DNA of 64,000 bases, from the NCBI RefSeq assembly GCF_006345805.1, contig NC_043014.1:1798001-1862000 (forward strand), read 5' to 3'. Position 1 is the first letter of the stretch. Every line of letters begins with the position of its first letter. Below, piece by piece: positions 11,998-26,488 of this stretch. The position numbers and the translations under genes are program-made. A model generated the notes under the pieces. The model had not been told where the DNA came from and did not search any database. It saw only the letters and a program-made list of their open reading frames with translations. The stretch comes from Octopus sinensis. Its lineage: Eukaryota.

Positions 11998-14272
11998 TTA
12001 AAGAGATCTAGAGTAAAAGCTTCCATTTAATTTTCATGTTAATTTCTGTTCTAAACACCAGCTTAATAATGACAATTATTTTACTAAATTCCTCATGGTT
12101 TTCAAAATTAATTGAAACAAAGACTGAACTTCAGAGTTGAAGTGATCTAAAAAGCTTCCATCAAAATGTCAATTTATGCTCCAAACCCCAGCAGAAACAA
12201 AGATGAAATTATTTCACTAAATTCTTGATTGTTTACAAAATTCATTGAAACAAAGGGCATTATATTTCAATAGAAATACGGTAAAAGGGGTCAAGATGAC
12301 TAATCAGAAGCAAAACAGCTTGGTGACGGCTGCTAGGGTTCTAACATTTTACAGATGGTAAATCCAGGAAACGAGAAAACAGGGAGTAGGAATTATCCTC
12401 TAAAAGTGTCAAGTGAAATTTGGCTCAGTTTCTGAACCTGTTGGGATTCCAGTTAACATGGTGCCGTGTTGTATTTTGGTTTCCTCGTTAATTCTTGACA
12501 ATTGCAATCATACACTCCTGATGTCAGAGAGTGAGGATGGTAATTTGAGGAAATAAGAAAAACTCCCATTCCACCTATTCATTCCGTTTATTTAATCTTT
12601 CTTGAGTGAGAAATTTCTTGGAGCAGGGCCTGTATGTATAATATATATATATATGTTCACTGTCAACCACAAATGTATAGCCAGGCTCTTTGACATGTTA
12701 CATGATCTTTATAAACAGAACGGTTCGGAAGTATGTCTGGGTTATTTTGTAGTCTGACAGACTAACAGATCATTGACCTTGCTGAGAGACAGGTGAGGGT
12801 TGGTGGCAGGAAGGACATCCAGCCGTAGAAAAATCTGCATCTACAAATTCTGTCCGACTCATGCAAGGATGGAAAAGTGAGGGTTAAAACGATGATGATG
12901 ATGATGATTAATTCAGTAAAGACAACTGACCAAGAGGATTAGGGTGTTGGCTTCATGAGCCATAAGATCATGGGTTTGATACCCTGAGTGGGGAATATAT
13001 TACACTCTTGAGCAAGATACTTCATTTCTCAAAACAGGTTCCAGCAGCTGGAGAGGTGAACCCTGCAGCGGACTGGCGACTGATTTGGCAAAGACAGAGT
13101 CTTGCTTTTACAGACACCTCAACACTTTCAAAATGCCAATAAGCGCCAACCTCTGAGTTTGTAGACTCAAAGCAGTAAAAGAAAAACAAAACAAAACACA
13201 ATTCTCACAGAAATTTTGAAAGATATAATAATGTAAACGAGACTAACGAACGATAAGAATTAGGTCCATAAAACCACTTAATTTCATTGTTTTTGTAACC
13301 GTTACTTTTAAGTTTTGTATTCCGCATGAGGTGTGTTCCAGATAGCATTTCAATGAAGAAAGCATTTTTAGAGAAAATAAAATAAATAATAAATAAAATT
13401 AAAGATATTAAAAAAATACATTAAATGCACCACACCCTATATATATATAAACAGAACAAAAGTGGTGCCAAACTCTGTACAGTTGAAAAATAAAACCGAA
13501 CGTAATATTTCGATATATTCTCTCATGGAAATGTTGCCACAAGAATGCTTTTGAAACAGGAGAATTAGAACAATGAGGAATAAAAGACCAAGAGGCCATC
13601 AAACGGAAACAACTTTAAGCTGCCATAGCATCATCATCATCAGCATCTTTTAGCATCCATATTCCATGCTGGAACAGTGTGACAGGGTTTGATAAATCAA
13701 AGGACAGCATTAAGCTCCAATGTCTGTTTTGGCACCTTGGCTTGATTTCTACAACAGGATGCCCTTCCTAATGCCAACCACCTTACAGAGTAAGAATGAG
13801 CAATAAAATACTGACAGACCCATCGAAAGGGAACAACTTTAAGCCATCACCATCATCATCCATTAGCGCCTGTGAAGGACTGCATCATACACCGGTGTCT
13901 GTTTCCACATGGTTGACCTTCTTAACGCCAACCATTTTACAGATTGAAGTCTTACATTAAATATCACTACTGTGCAAATGAATGGAGCCCTTTCTTGTTT
14001 TGCTCTTTTTACCTTTGTAAAATTTCTTCTTTAAAACCCCGTTTGGAAAATGCCAAATTAGTGCAAAACTAAGTAATTACAGCAATGTAAACCAGCATTT
14101 CACATTTTTACTCTGATGGAATTCTTAGGATACATTCCATCTATCCTTCAGGGGGCAACCCTCCACACACACACACACAGCAAATTACTATATATCTTTA
14201 TTAACCCCTTTTCTTCCTCTCTCATACAATAAATAAATAAAATTGTCTTTGAAAGGTCTACCAATGCTAAAT

Positions 14273-14548
14273 CAGGGGAGTCAGAGTCAGAAACAACAGG
14301 TAGCTGGAGTCGGAATCAGAGTCGGTATAATTTTACCGACTCTGATTCCGACTCCCAATATCTTTCTTTTTGAATCTAAACCAGTTATAACATAGAGGCC
14401 TGCTCAAAGTACAAGTGTATGCACAAGCTTTATGAGTTATGTAAACCACAATCACTTAATTACATAAGGAGGAGTCAGAGTTAGAGGTGCCAATAGTACA
14501 GGAGTCAGAGCCAGAGTCAAAGTCTTTTGTTGTGACTCCACAGCCCTG
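14273..14548. mobile_element. hAT-like MITE with GGAGTC(G/A)GAGTC subterminal repeats
   Basis: Begins CAGGGGAGTCAGAGTC and ends GACTCCACAGCCCTG, with an internal 22-bp perfect inverted repeat (14306-14327/14334-14355). No clear 8-bp TSD, so the superfamily call is tentative. Confidence 0.5.
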
Positions 14549-15099
14549 CTGGATATGTTATTTTTTGAGGAGGAAAAGGGTACTGCCTTGTATTTTCTCG
14601 AATATTTATCTCCATCTTGACAGTCCTAACAGCAGGGGGGATCTTTGTAAAGATAACTAGGTCCAACCAAAGCAATGAACTGAAAGATTCCTGTTGTGTG
14701 CATGTACACACGCATGCACGTGCGTGTGTACGTACATGGTGCATCTCTGGCCTTATTGGACTGTCACCAACCAATACAACGGACATAGTCCCATTCCCCA
14801 AGTCTTCAAGTCTTCACTGCCGTTTCATCTACCATTAGTATAACAGCATCGACTCTCTAGAACTTGCTAGCTACATTCATAACTGCTCCGTTCCATTCCA
14901 CAGCCAACCCCTCTCTCTCCTCACACTGTCAGCCTTGTCCCAGTCTTACATTGAGGTCCTGGAGACATTTGTTGCTTCTTTAAAACATAAACAATGAAAA
15001 CCTGCCAGACTTCTTCCTGTCAGAGATCTTCACACCCACACAGTCAACCCAAAAACATTCAACATCATCGTCCATAACACCACTTTCCAAACCGAGGCA

Positions 15100-15625
15100 C
15101 ACACACACACACACACACACATGCAAGATATACACATACACACACACACAGATGCACTCAGGGTGATATACATGCACACACATATCCACACAAAATATAC
15201 ACACACAAGTTACACACACATGCATGCACACAGATACATACATACACAGAGATACACATGTATGCATACCGATACACACATGCATGCACACACAGATATA
15301 CAAATGCATGCACACACACACAAGCATGCACACACACACAAGCATGCACACAGATACACATACACACACACACAAGATAGACACATATGGACACACACAC
15401 ACAAACTCAGATACCCATCCACACACACAAAAATATACACACACATGCACACATATTCACACAAAACACACAAGATACACACATGCAGACTTACACACAC
15501 ACACACAAACTCAGAGATACACATCCACACATACAAAAATATACACACACATGCACACATATTCACACAAAATACACACACACACACACACGAGATACAC
15601 ATACATGCACACACACACACACACG
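15100..15625. repeat. Complex (CA)-rich microsatellite with internal duplications
   Basis: Direct reading. It generates the HT/CV-repeat ORFs. Confidence 0.9.
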
Positions 15626-15924
15626 TGTCCATCTGCCCCAAACCAATAGTGACATGTCAAAACTGGCAGTTTTTAACCATTTCGTGTTTGATGCCAGGAA
15701 TTAAAACACGCTTCAGCCATTTCCTTCCTTTGTGGCGTCGGACCAACTGTTACTCTCGGGTTCCCCCAGACCGCCATCTGTCCGTGTGTCCATCCATCCA
15801 TCCATCCGGCTATCCACCACCACCAACAACAACAACATAAACACTCGTCGATAAATAAGACCACGTCAGAACGACACTGACAGCCATGTTGCTATTTCTT
15901 CTCCTGCAGCAGCAACACTAGTTG

Positions 15925-16650
<726 letters not shown>

Positions 16651-16957
16651 GAGTGAGAGAGCAGTGCATGCCATCAAAGTGACACTGGGGTAAAATATAC
16701 GAAGCCCAATATACCCATCATGACTACCCGTCTGATAAGGGTCCACCAGGCACATGCATCACAACCATATGTGCGCGACATGGTGATCTCATATCAAGAT
16801 AAACAGCACATGACCTTGCAGGTGGAGCCCAGTTAGAATTTTCTTCAGGTTGAGTAGCCCATCCCGCTCAAAAGGTCCCTGAATAAGGGTTGCTTTAGGA
16901 TGATGAAAGAACCACCTATGTTTCCAGAGGTAAATTATTCAAACCCCAAAGAATCCC
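16651..16957 (-). mobile_element. 5'-truncated non-LTR retroelement 3' end embedded in (TAA)n
   Basis: A 307-bp complex-sequence block with (ATT)n on both sides. On the minus strand it ends ...GCACTGCTCTCTCACTC-AATAATAAT. No coding motif is visible, so the clade is not established. Confidence 0.5.
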
Positions 16958-17500
16958 TATTATTATTATTATTATTATTATTAGTAGCAGCAGCAGTAGC
17001 AGTAGTAGTAGTAGCAGTAGTAGCAGCAGCAGCAATAGTATCAGTAGTTCTATTATCATTATTAGCAGCAGCAACAGCAGCAGTAGTAGTAGTAGTAATG
17101 GTTGTGGTGGTTTTGATCTGATCAAGTGTTGGTGGTCGTAAGGCCAGGACACTGAACAGAAGCCAGCCATCACTTGCAGAAAATGCGACGACTTTTTTCC
17201 GCCATCTTGTCGAGTCATGTCATGCAACAACTAAACACAACAGCACAACAGGTTTAAGACAGGGCGGAGGGGGGGAGGGGCAGTGAAGTTGGAAGGAAAC
17301 CGAACAAACACACACACACACAGATCTTACAGTTAGCACACTGTTTCCTCCCCTGTGTTATCGCACCATCATCAGAGGGGTCTGGCGATGTACTGATAAG
17401 AGGCAAACAGTTAGCTTGTTGTAAAGGTTGAACTAAAATTAATAAATTTGTACTTTACACCTAAAATGTACTGAGTTGGATCAAGGCTATGAGAGCGTAT

Positions 17501-17535
<35 letters not shown>

Positions 17536-19388
17536 CATCATCATCATCATCATCATCATCGTTTAGCGTCCGTTTTCCATGCTAGCATGGGTTGGACGGT
17601 TCTACTGGGGTCTGTGAAGCCAGAAGGCTGCACCAGGCTCCAGTCTCATCTGGCAATGTTTCTACAGCTGGATGCCCTTCCTAACGCCAACCACTCTGTA
17701 AGTGTAGTGGGTGCTTTTTACGTGCCACCTGCACAGGTGCCAGGCGAGGCTGGCAACGGCCACGGTCGGATTGGTGTAAAATATATATATATATATGTAT
17801 ACACATATACTGAGTGTACAACTGGAAGGGAGACAGACACAGACACAGAGGGTCCCTAATTCTTCATCAGTTACAAACCAAAATGGTCATACTTTGATTC
17901 GCACCATTAATGATAAGACTGAGAACTTCCCATGCTGGTGGTGCTTGTGAAAGTCGCAGAGAATTGTGGGCCTCAAGCAAACAAAACAACACAGAGTGGA
18001 CATACGAAAGCAAAAGAGATGTAATTTAAGATGATGGACAAAGATGAAATAAATAGGAAATAGGCAAAATATGACCTTAGGACCAAAAAGGTAAAAATGG
18101 TGGGTAACGCTTAGAAGACATACAGACAGGCAGAGAAAGGGAGAAGGGGAGGGCGAGAGCGCAATGGTTAAACTGGAAAAGAAGTTGAATATTCTTGAAT
18201 CCACAGTATGCATAAGATGAATGATACAGAATATATACACCCACTGCATTTGCATCATCATCATCATCGTTTAACGTCTGCTTTCCATGCTAGCATGGGT
18301 TGGATGGTTCAACAGGAGTTTGGGAAGCCCAAAGGCTGCACCAGGCCAGTCAAATCTGGCGGTGTTTCTACAGCTGGATGCCCTTCCTAACGCCAACCAC
18401 TCCTTGCCTGCAAAATATTGTAAATGCACACACACACTCACAGATATTTATACATACATATACACAAATGTAAACACATCTATACATGCACATATACACA
18501 CACACGCTGTTAGGTGATCAATAGAACCACTTTCCCCTTTGATGATTACTTATTTAATTTTTAAAATAGAAACGAACCTCAAAGAAATGCTGCTTTGTCA
18601 TCGTTAATGGACCATTTCTCTCCCGTTAGCAAATCTAAACGAACTTCATACATATTTATGCATCAAAATCAATTGTCACCAGACTGACCGGTGACCACCA
18701 TCTTTAACCTTTCACTGTACGAAACTCATCATTTTTTTAACATCCATTATGTACGTTGGCATGGTTTGGACGGTTTGACCAGATCCAACAGGTTCCATGA
18801 TTGCAACCATGCCCCAATGTCTACTCTGGCATGGTTTCCTTATTTGGATAACATTCCCAACGCCAACAACCTCACAGCACGTATTGGGTGCCTTTTTTTT
18901 TTATGGCATCAATACTACTGGGGTCACCATGCAGCTGACATGACTTACGAACCCTTTAACCCTTTTGATACCAACCTGGCTGAAACCGCCTCTGGCTCTG
19001 TAGTACAAATGTCTTGTTTTCATAAGTTTTGAATTAAAATCTTCCGCCAAACCTTAGTCACAATTTATGTTCCTAAAACCAGCTTAATGATAACCAAGTT
19101 ATTTTACTAAATCCTTTGTTATATTTAAAGTAATTGAAAGAAACACAGAGCATCTTAAAATAAATACAGTAACAATGAGTGGGGCCACAGTAAGAGGGAG
19201 GGAAGGGCTTTATGCTAGGAGAAGGAACCAAAACAGAACTGCTCTCTTCATCTAGAAGAGGTGCATGGCTATTCTACATGACTATTCATATTGTAGAAAG
19301 AAGAGAGGATGGTGTTAACCATTTGTACTTTACATCTAAAATATCTAAAATGTACTGAGTTGGATCAAGACTATGAGAGTGTATGTTC

Positions 19389-19433
<45 letters not shown>

Positions 19434-20334
19434 CATATATATTTATAAAGGAATGCAAAAAATAGGACAAGAACGCAAAACATCCAGACAGTCAGATGAT
19501 ACAAAAAAGGGACAAGAAAAACAAGGATGGGTCATTCGGAGTTTTCTTTCCTCAGTCAAATTCCAGATTATCTTTGCAAGATACAAAATGTGATATTCTG
19601 AGATGTTCTACAGGTTTTTTTTTTTTTAAAGATAGGGTGGGGTATAAATGGTAGTCTTCTAGAATGCATGGGTGAGGAGTCGCTGCAGTAAGGTTCCCAG
19701 TGGTACAGCAGAACTTGGACATTAATACAGTATGTACATTGTGGTACCCCTTTGTCTACAGATGATATTACCTGGGTAGCAGCCTCCTCGTTGGTTGTTA
19801 TTCTTTGATGTGAATCCACTCCTACCAGCGAAAGAAGGCCTTCCAGAAGGCTAACCTCAATCATCTTTTGCGATAACCTGACATGGCCCCCACCCATCAA
19901 CTACATGCCTTACACTTGCAGAACAGTTAACTTCACTCTGAAAGACCTAAATGGTTAATAATGGAATTTTGAAGAATTTAATTTCCACACTAATCTCGAT
20001 TATGGATTACACACACACACACACACAGAGTCTTTCATTTTTTTGTTCTTTTACTTGTTTCAATCATTAAACTGTGGCCATGCTGGAGCACTGCCTTGAG
20101 AGTTGAGTGGCTCAGATCAACCCCAGGATTAATTTGAACTCTGGTGCTTACTCCACGAGGAGTCATTTTTGCTAAACTGCTCTGAGTTAGAGGAATGCAA
20201 ACAAACCAACACTGGCTGTCAAATCATGAGAACCAAATATAAATCTGTACACACACACACTTCTAATGGGGGGGGGGTAGAGGAAATACATAGGGTAGCA
20301 TAGTGAAACATATGCTTCGCAACCATGTGAACAT

Positions 20335-20383
<49 letters not shown>

Positions 20384-20446
20384 ACACATACTTGCATACA
20401 CATGTGTGTATATATATATATAAACACACACATACTTACATACACA

Positions 20447-20495
<49 letters not shown>

Positions 20496-23400
20496 GATAC
20501 ACCCCATGACCCTAATTGTCAGCTTGCTACTGGATCTATGACAAATGTTAACACTTTGGTAATCTAAAATCTAACAAAACATCAAAGAAACATTTATTTT
20601 CATTATTGTTATTGTTGTTGCTGTTATTATTATTAACTTTAACAAGCTGTCTACTGCTGCTGCTCCCATTTCTGCAAAACCTGAAACATTCAAGATGTAT
20701 ATTTTCATGCTGGCATTTGTACCAATTCTATAGACGCAAATATTTTCCTGAAAGTAGGTCTTTGATGGCTGCATATTAACATTTGAAGACACCAAATTGA
20801 CAAGGGTTGTTAAAGCATCAAACAAAATGCCACAGTCTTTAGTCTGATACCTAGAGTCCTGAGTTCAAATCCTACCATGGTCAGCTTTGCCTTTCTGCCT
20901 TCCAGGGGTTGATGAATAAAGAACCAACCAATCTAGGACGGTTTGATTGGCAGAAATGTGAGAACAATGGTAGGTTTGATATTTGTCCCAGATCTTTGGG
21001 AGACAGTGAAATTTGAACTCAGGACTCAATGAACTGGAAGAAATACAAGGTAAACTACCAGATGCTGATGTTTCGGTCAGTCATCTGTCCAAGACCAATA
21101 CCAAGTAGGGCAGTATTTCCCCAAATCCTTTCAACACAAACAGCACCATAGCCAGACATGTTTTTGCAGAAGATTGCAAACAAACAATGCTACTCATACA
21201 ACAGACAATGTTTGTTTACAATTAGTGCTTCATATCAAGACAAGGACACACAGACACACACAAACACACGACAGGCTTCTTTCAGTTTCAAGCCTGAGGC
21301 TTTAGTAGAAGACATCTGTTCAAGGTGCTGTGTAGTGGGACTGAACCCAAAAATCATATGGTTAAAAAGCAAACTTGTGAACCACGCAGTCATGCCTATT
21401 TCTTTACTGCCCACAAGGAGCTACACAGAGGGGACAAACAAGGACAGACAAATGGATTAAGTCGATTACATCGACCCCAGTGCGTAACTGGTACTTATTT
21501 AATCGACCCCGAAAGGATGAAAGGCAAAGTTGACCTCGGCAGAATTTGAACTCAGAATGTAGTGGCAGACAAAATACCACTAAGCATTTTGCCCGACGTG
21601 CTAACGATTCTGCCAGCTCGCCACCTTCACACAACCATACCTACAAGGTGAAAAAACCTCTTAACAGAGAATTAAAGAAATTTGGTCTTAACAAGTTTTG
21701 GTTGAGAAAATTTCTTAACCTTTAAGTTGGCAAATTTCTCTTGAAATGCTTTCCCTTTATTTTGGTTAATTTTTACATTAAAGTTGTTTAGGACATATAT
21801 TAATGGATTTTTTTTTTTTTTAAGGTTTCAATCAAAATCACTTTAGAATAAGAAAATCCTACCATAAGAACCAAAGCAGTTCGAAGCGAAGTGGTAACCA
21901 AAATTTTGTGTTAGGTCATATTCCAAACACCATCAACTTAATCATCATCATCATCATCGTTTAATGTCCGTTTTCCATGCTGGCACGGGTTGGACAGTTT
22001 GACCAGGGTCTGGGAAGCCAGGAGGCTGCACCAGGCTCCAGTCTGATCTGGCAGTGTATCTACAGCTGGATGCCCTTCCTAACGCCAACCACTCTGTGAG
22101 TGTAGTGGGGGCTTTTTACGTGCCACCGGCACAGGTATCACAACTACAATTTCCATTTGATTTTGATGTTGATTTTGATTTTGATGTTAACAAAGATATT
22201 TTACTAAATTCTTTCAAAGTTGAAACAATGGCAGTGTATTTCCTTAGAAATATGGTAACAAAAGGGTTAAAAGGAACTAAAACCTCTCCATCAACATTTC
22301 ATGTTAATTTATGTTCAAAAGACCAGTTGACCCTTTTAGCATTTACATTGGCAATAATATGCAACCAAAATATTCTGTTTGTTTTCAAAGCAGCAAGACC
22401 CAACCTCAAAGACCTATCCTACAACCTGATTCTAAAAGTAAACAATCAAATCATTGAAATCTCAAAGCTTGGAGAGAATGCATGATTGATGCCAATAAAC
22501 AAACATTACGTCTGATAGAGGAACCTGAATGCTAAATGGTAAATAAAGACAAACTTATTTTACTAAATTCTTAGTTTCTAAATGAATCGAAACAAGGAAT
22601 TGTATTTCAATAGAAATATGGTAGCGTAAAGGTCAAACGATTTAGAATAATGAAATGAGAAATATTTTTGTAGGAATGCCCCCTGCATGCATAACATATA
22701 GTTAAGTGCAAGAAGGTCATACCTAGTAGTTTAGTTATTCTGGACACAAACCATTTTGTCTGGGCCAACATTTAAACAAATAATTCTTCAACAAAGGAAT
22801 GAAATGAATAATGGAGTTTTCGAATAGTAATGTGAAGGCCAACAATGGGAAGACATTCAGGTAGAGACACTCCAAAGAAATATGGTAATTAATGACAAAC
22901 TGGGCCAGTGGGGGTGGGGTTAGAAGAGTTCAGGATTGTTAGTATGTTTACTGACAACAAAGAGACAAGCTTATGAGGAAGACCCATCCCACTCTGTCAA
23001 TGTGGCACCCAGTCCTGCTAGAAATAGCACTCAAACCCCACTCCACTGTATTAAAAGAAGAAAGGCTCAGATACTATGATCCTAGAAAATAATAACCCCA
23101 CTGAAAAATAGAACTCGTGTTATGCAGTCCGATCATTTTATTAAGGTACAGCAAATTGGCATGGATTGTTTAGCAGGTCAGGTAAAATGTTTAATGGTAT
23201 GTTATCTGTCCTTGCGTTCAGAGTTCATATGCCACTAAGGTCGACTTTGCCTGTTATCCTTTTGGGGTCAAAAGAATAAAGTAGCAGTTAAATATAGGGG
23301 TTAGTGAAATCAACTTGTTCTCATCCCCCAAAATAGTTTGCCTTGTACCAATACCAGAATGATAATAATACCGCCACCTTTTGACCAGGCTCCCATGGCT

Positions 23401-24249
23401 TTTAAGGGTTTTTCCACTAGTAACCTTTCGAAGCGCCTCCCCCTATAGGGAGTTTTTACTTGTTATATTTTCGTTGTTAACTTGCATTTTTACACAGACT
23501 TTTCAAACGGACAAAACCCTTTTTGTAACTTTCGTCCTCTATTTTGTCCTTACATGCTTTATCTGATTTTTGCTAGCCCTTGTGGCCAATAAATGAATTA
23601 ATTATTATTATTATCATTATTATTATTATTATTAAGGCGGTGTGCTGGCAGAATCGTTAGCACGCTGGACAAAATGCTTAGCAGTATTTCACCTGTCGCT
23701 ACGTTCTGAGTTCAAATTCCTCCAAAGTTGACTTTGCCTTTCATAGCTTTGGGGTCAATAAAATAAGTACCAGTTGAATACTGGGGTTGATGTAATCAAC
23801 CTAACCCCCACCCCCAATTTCAGGCCTTGTGCCAATAGTAGAAAAGATTATTATTATTATTATCATTATTACAATAGTTTCTCCTTGTCATTACTTAGCC
23901 CCAGGTCAGCTTTGATCCAGAAACCTTAAGGTTGAAAAAGTTCCAGTTGTGACCATCCCATCATTTCCTCGGATGACGTAACTATACTACACAAGACAAT
24001 ATGCTAACATTTTAAAACAGTGAGGATGGGTCTAACTTTAATAGGTTTGACTGCTATATCTAGCAAACCAAGCAACCACATAGAGGTAGCCATTATCTCA
24101 TCCTATAACTGGTGTATGGTAGCATTTGTGGGAGCGGAGGAAGGGAGTCTATGAATGGGACGGGGGTGATGGTGTAATTAGAAAATTAACGAGAGGAGGT
24201 AATTATAATTATTGCTATGAGCATTATCATGTGACATGAACAGATGGAG

Positions 24250-24400
24250 CTCAGAGGATTGAACTGTCTTCTGTCATGTTGAAGAAGGCTCTTACATCTG
24301 GGACACATACAGGCAGATAATTCTAGACTACGTCCAAAGAAAGCATCACTCAAATGACCGGTGTAAAACCATTCAGAAGGACACACACTGGTGTCTGACC
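24250..24400 (+). mobile_element. Possible highly degenerate RTE LINE fragment
   Basis: Reads RRLLHLGHIQADNSRLRPKK, loosely similar to the RTE motif RRLRWLGHV.RM.D.RLPK. Confidence 0.3.
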
Positions 24401-25024
24401 AAAAAGGTGTGCTGTGTCTCCTCTTTCTGCCATTTCTACTACTACTACAATGGCCTTTGTTCCTTGAAGCTGGTTGGAATTTCTGGAGCCAACTTCACAT
24501 CTACTAATCTACCTGTCTCTCTTGCAACTCCTTTCATCACCCTTGGGTCCATCCTTAGCCCCAGGACCTAAAGTAACATCCACACCCAGTCCTTCTTCTG
24601 CAGAATGCCAATCCTCTGGAATTCCAACCCTGCTGGTGTTGACTTATAAATGTTCAAGAGGAACATTAATGGTGTCAGTGACCCCAGCCTTGGAGGGCCT
24701 GCAAGTCCATTGGGCACTGCCCCTTTCTCGACACCCAGCAATTAAAAGGAAAAAGAAAATGATCATTCCTCTAGGATATACCTACACCTAGGTATTTCCC
24801 AACAAGATCTCTTTAGTCACAAAATGGACTGTGAGGGTCGAAACAAATGTGTGTGCATGTATAGGCTCCGGGGTTAAGAAGCTCACTTCCCAACCACATG
24901 GTTCTGGGTTCAGCCCCAATGCATGATAACTTGGGCCCCAGGCCAACCAAAGCTTTGTGAGCAGATTTGCTAAATGGAAAACCATCATACGTGTGTGAGA
25001 GTGTTTGTTTGTTTGCTTGTTTGC

Positions 25025-25064
<40 letters not shown>

Positions 25065-26299
25065 TGTGTGTATGTGTGTGTGTGTGTGTGTGTGTATGTG
25101 TGTGTGTGTGTTTGTGCTTCTTTGCCGTGATGTAATGTGATAGTTGTAAATGTGTGTCACTGTCATAGAAGCAGTGTCATTCATTTCCAGCATCAGCCTC
25201 ATCTGGCACCTGTGCCAGTGGCACGTAAAAAGCACCCACCACACTCATGGAGTGGTTGGTGTTAGAAAGGGCATCCAGCCGTAGAAACACTGCCAGATCA
25301 GACTGAGCCTCGTGCAGCCATCTGGTTCGCTAGTCCTCAGTCAAATCGTCCAACCCATGCTAGCATGGAAAGTGGATGTTAAACGATGATGATGTGGAAA
25401 TGGTTGGCCGTGGGGAAAATACTGCTTTGCTTTGCTTGGAAATGAGTGAAAGTTAGAGACAGGGAAGGCATCCACCAGTTGAAAATTTGCTTCAATATAC
25501 TCCAGCGATCACGTGCAATCAAAGAAAAGTCAACATCGAAATGACGTTGACGGTAATTTACAGAAAATGTATATTTATATTTTGTTTCGGGCCAGTCTCA
25601 TGTTTCTCAGAATTTCACTCTTGGGTGCATAGGGGCATCAGGCAAGTTACAATAATAACAACAACACACACACACACACACATGTATTTCTGGTTGACTA
25701 ATCAAGAACTTTCAAGTGAGAGGTGTCACGTGTCTTCAATAACCAGGAGGTGGGTAGGAGGGTAGGAAGGGTGGGGTGGGGAGAAAGAGAAGTCAAAAAC
25801 AGATTTACTCCATGGATAGATTTACTCTGTCACGATACACCAACTCTATAGTTTGTGTGTGTGTGTGCACATATGCATGTGTGTGTGTGTGAGTGTGTGT
25901 ATGCACATATGCATGTGTGTGTGCATTCATTACGTATGTGTGAGGGTGCGTGTGCAAGTGTACAACCAACAGCTCTGCTCTTGAAAAGGTTAATTAAACA
26001 TAAAGATGATGATGATGATGATGCAGGATTAAGATAATGAGATGAATAACAGTAACGAGTGATGTTGGTGTTGGTAACGATGGTATCAGTAGCTATGGTA
26101 GTGGTGGTAGTGATGATGATGATGATGATGATGATGGTAGTCAGGAGACAGCAAGAACAGAACTGAAATTAAAGTGAAGCGCTAACCTGTATGTATGTAT
26201 AACAGTGATTTCCTTACATTTTCACTACCAAAGACCCCTTTTATTTAAATGAGTTTTCCCACAGAACCCTTTTAGCATGCCTTTCCTTATGTGTGTGTG

Positions 26300-26488
26300 C
26301 GTATGATAGATCGTTAGCTCCTACATGCATTTTTTTCTCTCCTTGTTTTTTTCTGTGTATATTTCTGTCGAAGAGCGTACGCTCGAAACATAAAAGACTT
26401 TTTCTATCCCTGAGTGCCATACTAATACATTTGTTTGTTTGTACTCCACCTACCTTCGTCTTTTGTTTATTTTTGTAAACCTTCCCAT
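26300..26488 (+). mobile_element. Solo Penelope-type terminal repeat (pLTR) with degenerate minimal hammerhead
   Basis: Homologous to the reverse complement of 29408-29600. Contains TTT-CTGTCGA-A-GAGC-GTAC-GCTC-GAAAC-ATA-AAA (26362-26395) and ends at (TA)n. Confidence 0.65.

Noticed and set aside
15121-15840. Long His/Thr-, Cys/Val- and Tyr/Ile-repeat ORFs here and at 32267-33362, 35262-37138 and 62678-63492
   Set aside because: They are translations of CA/TA microsatellites that simply lack stop codons.
20571-20825. Minus-strand ORF with YRIGT..K..ILNVSG, superficially like ABCG 'GYR.TG.KG..LING'
   Set aside because: The similarity is too weak, the spacing is wrong, and no downstream NBD motifs follow.
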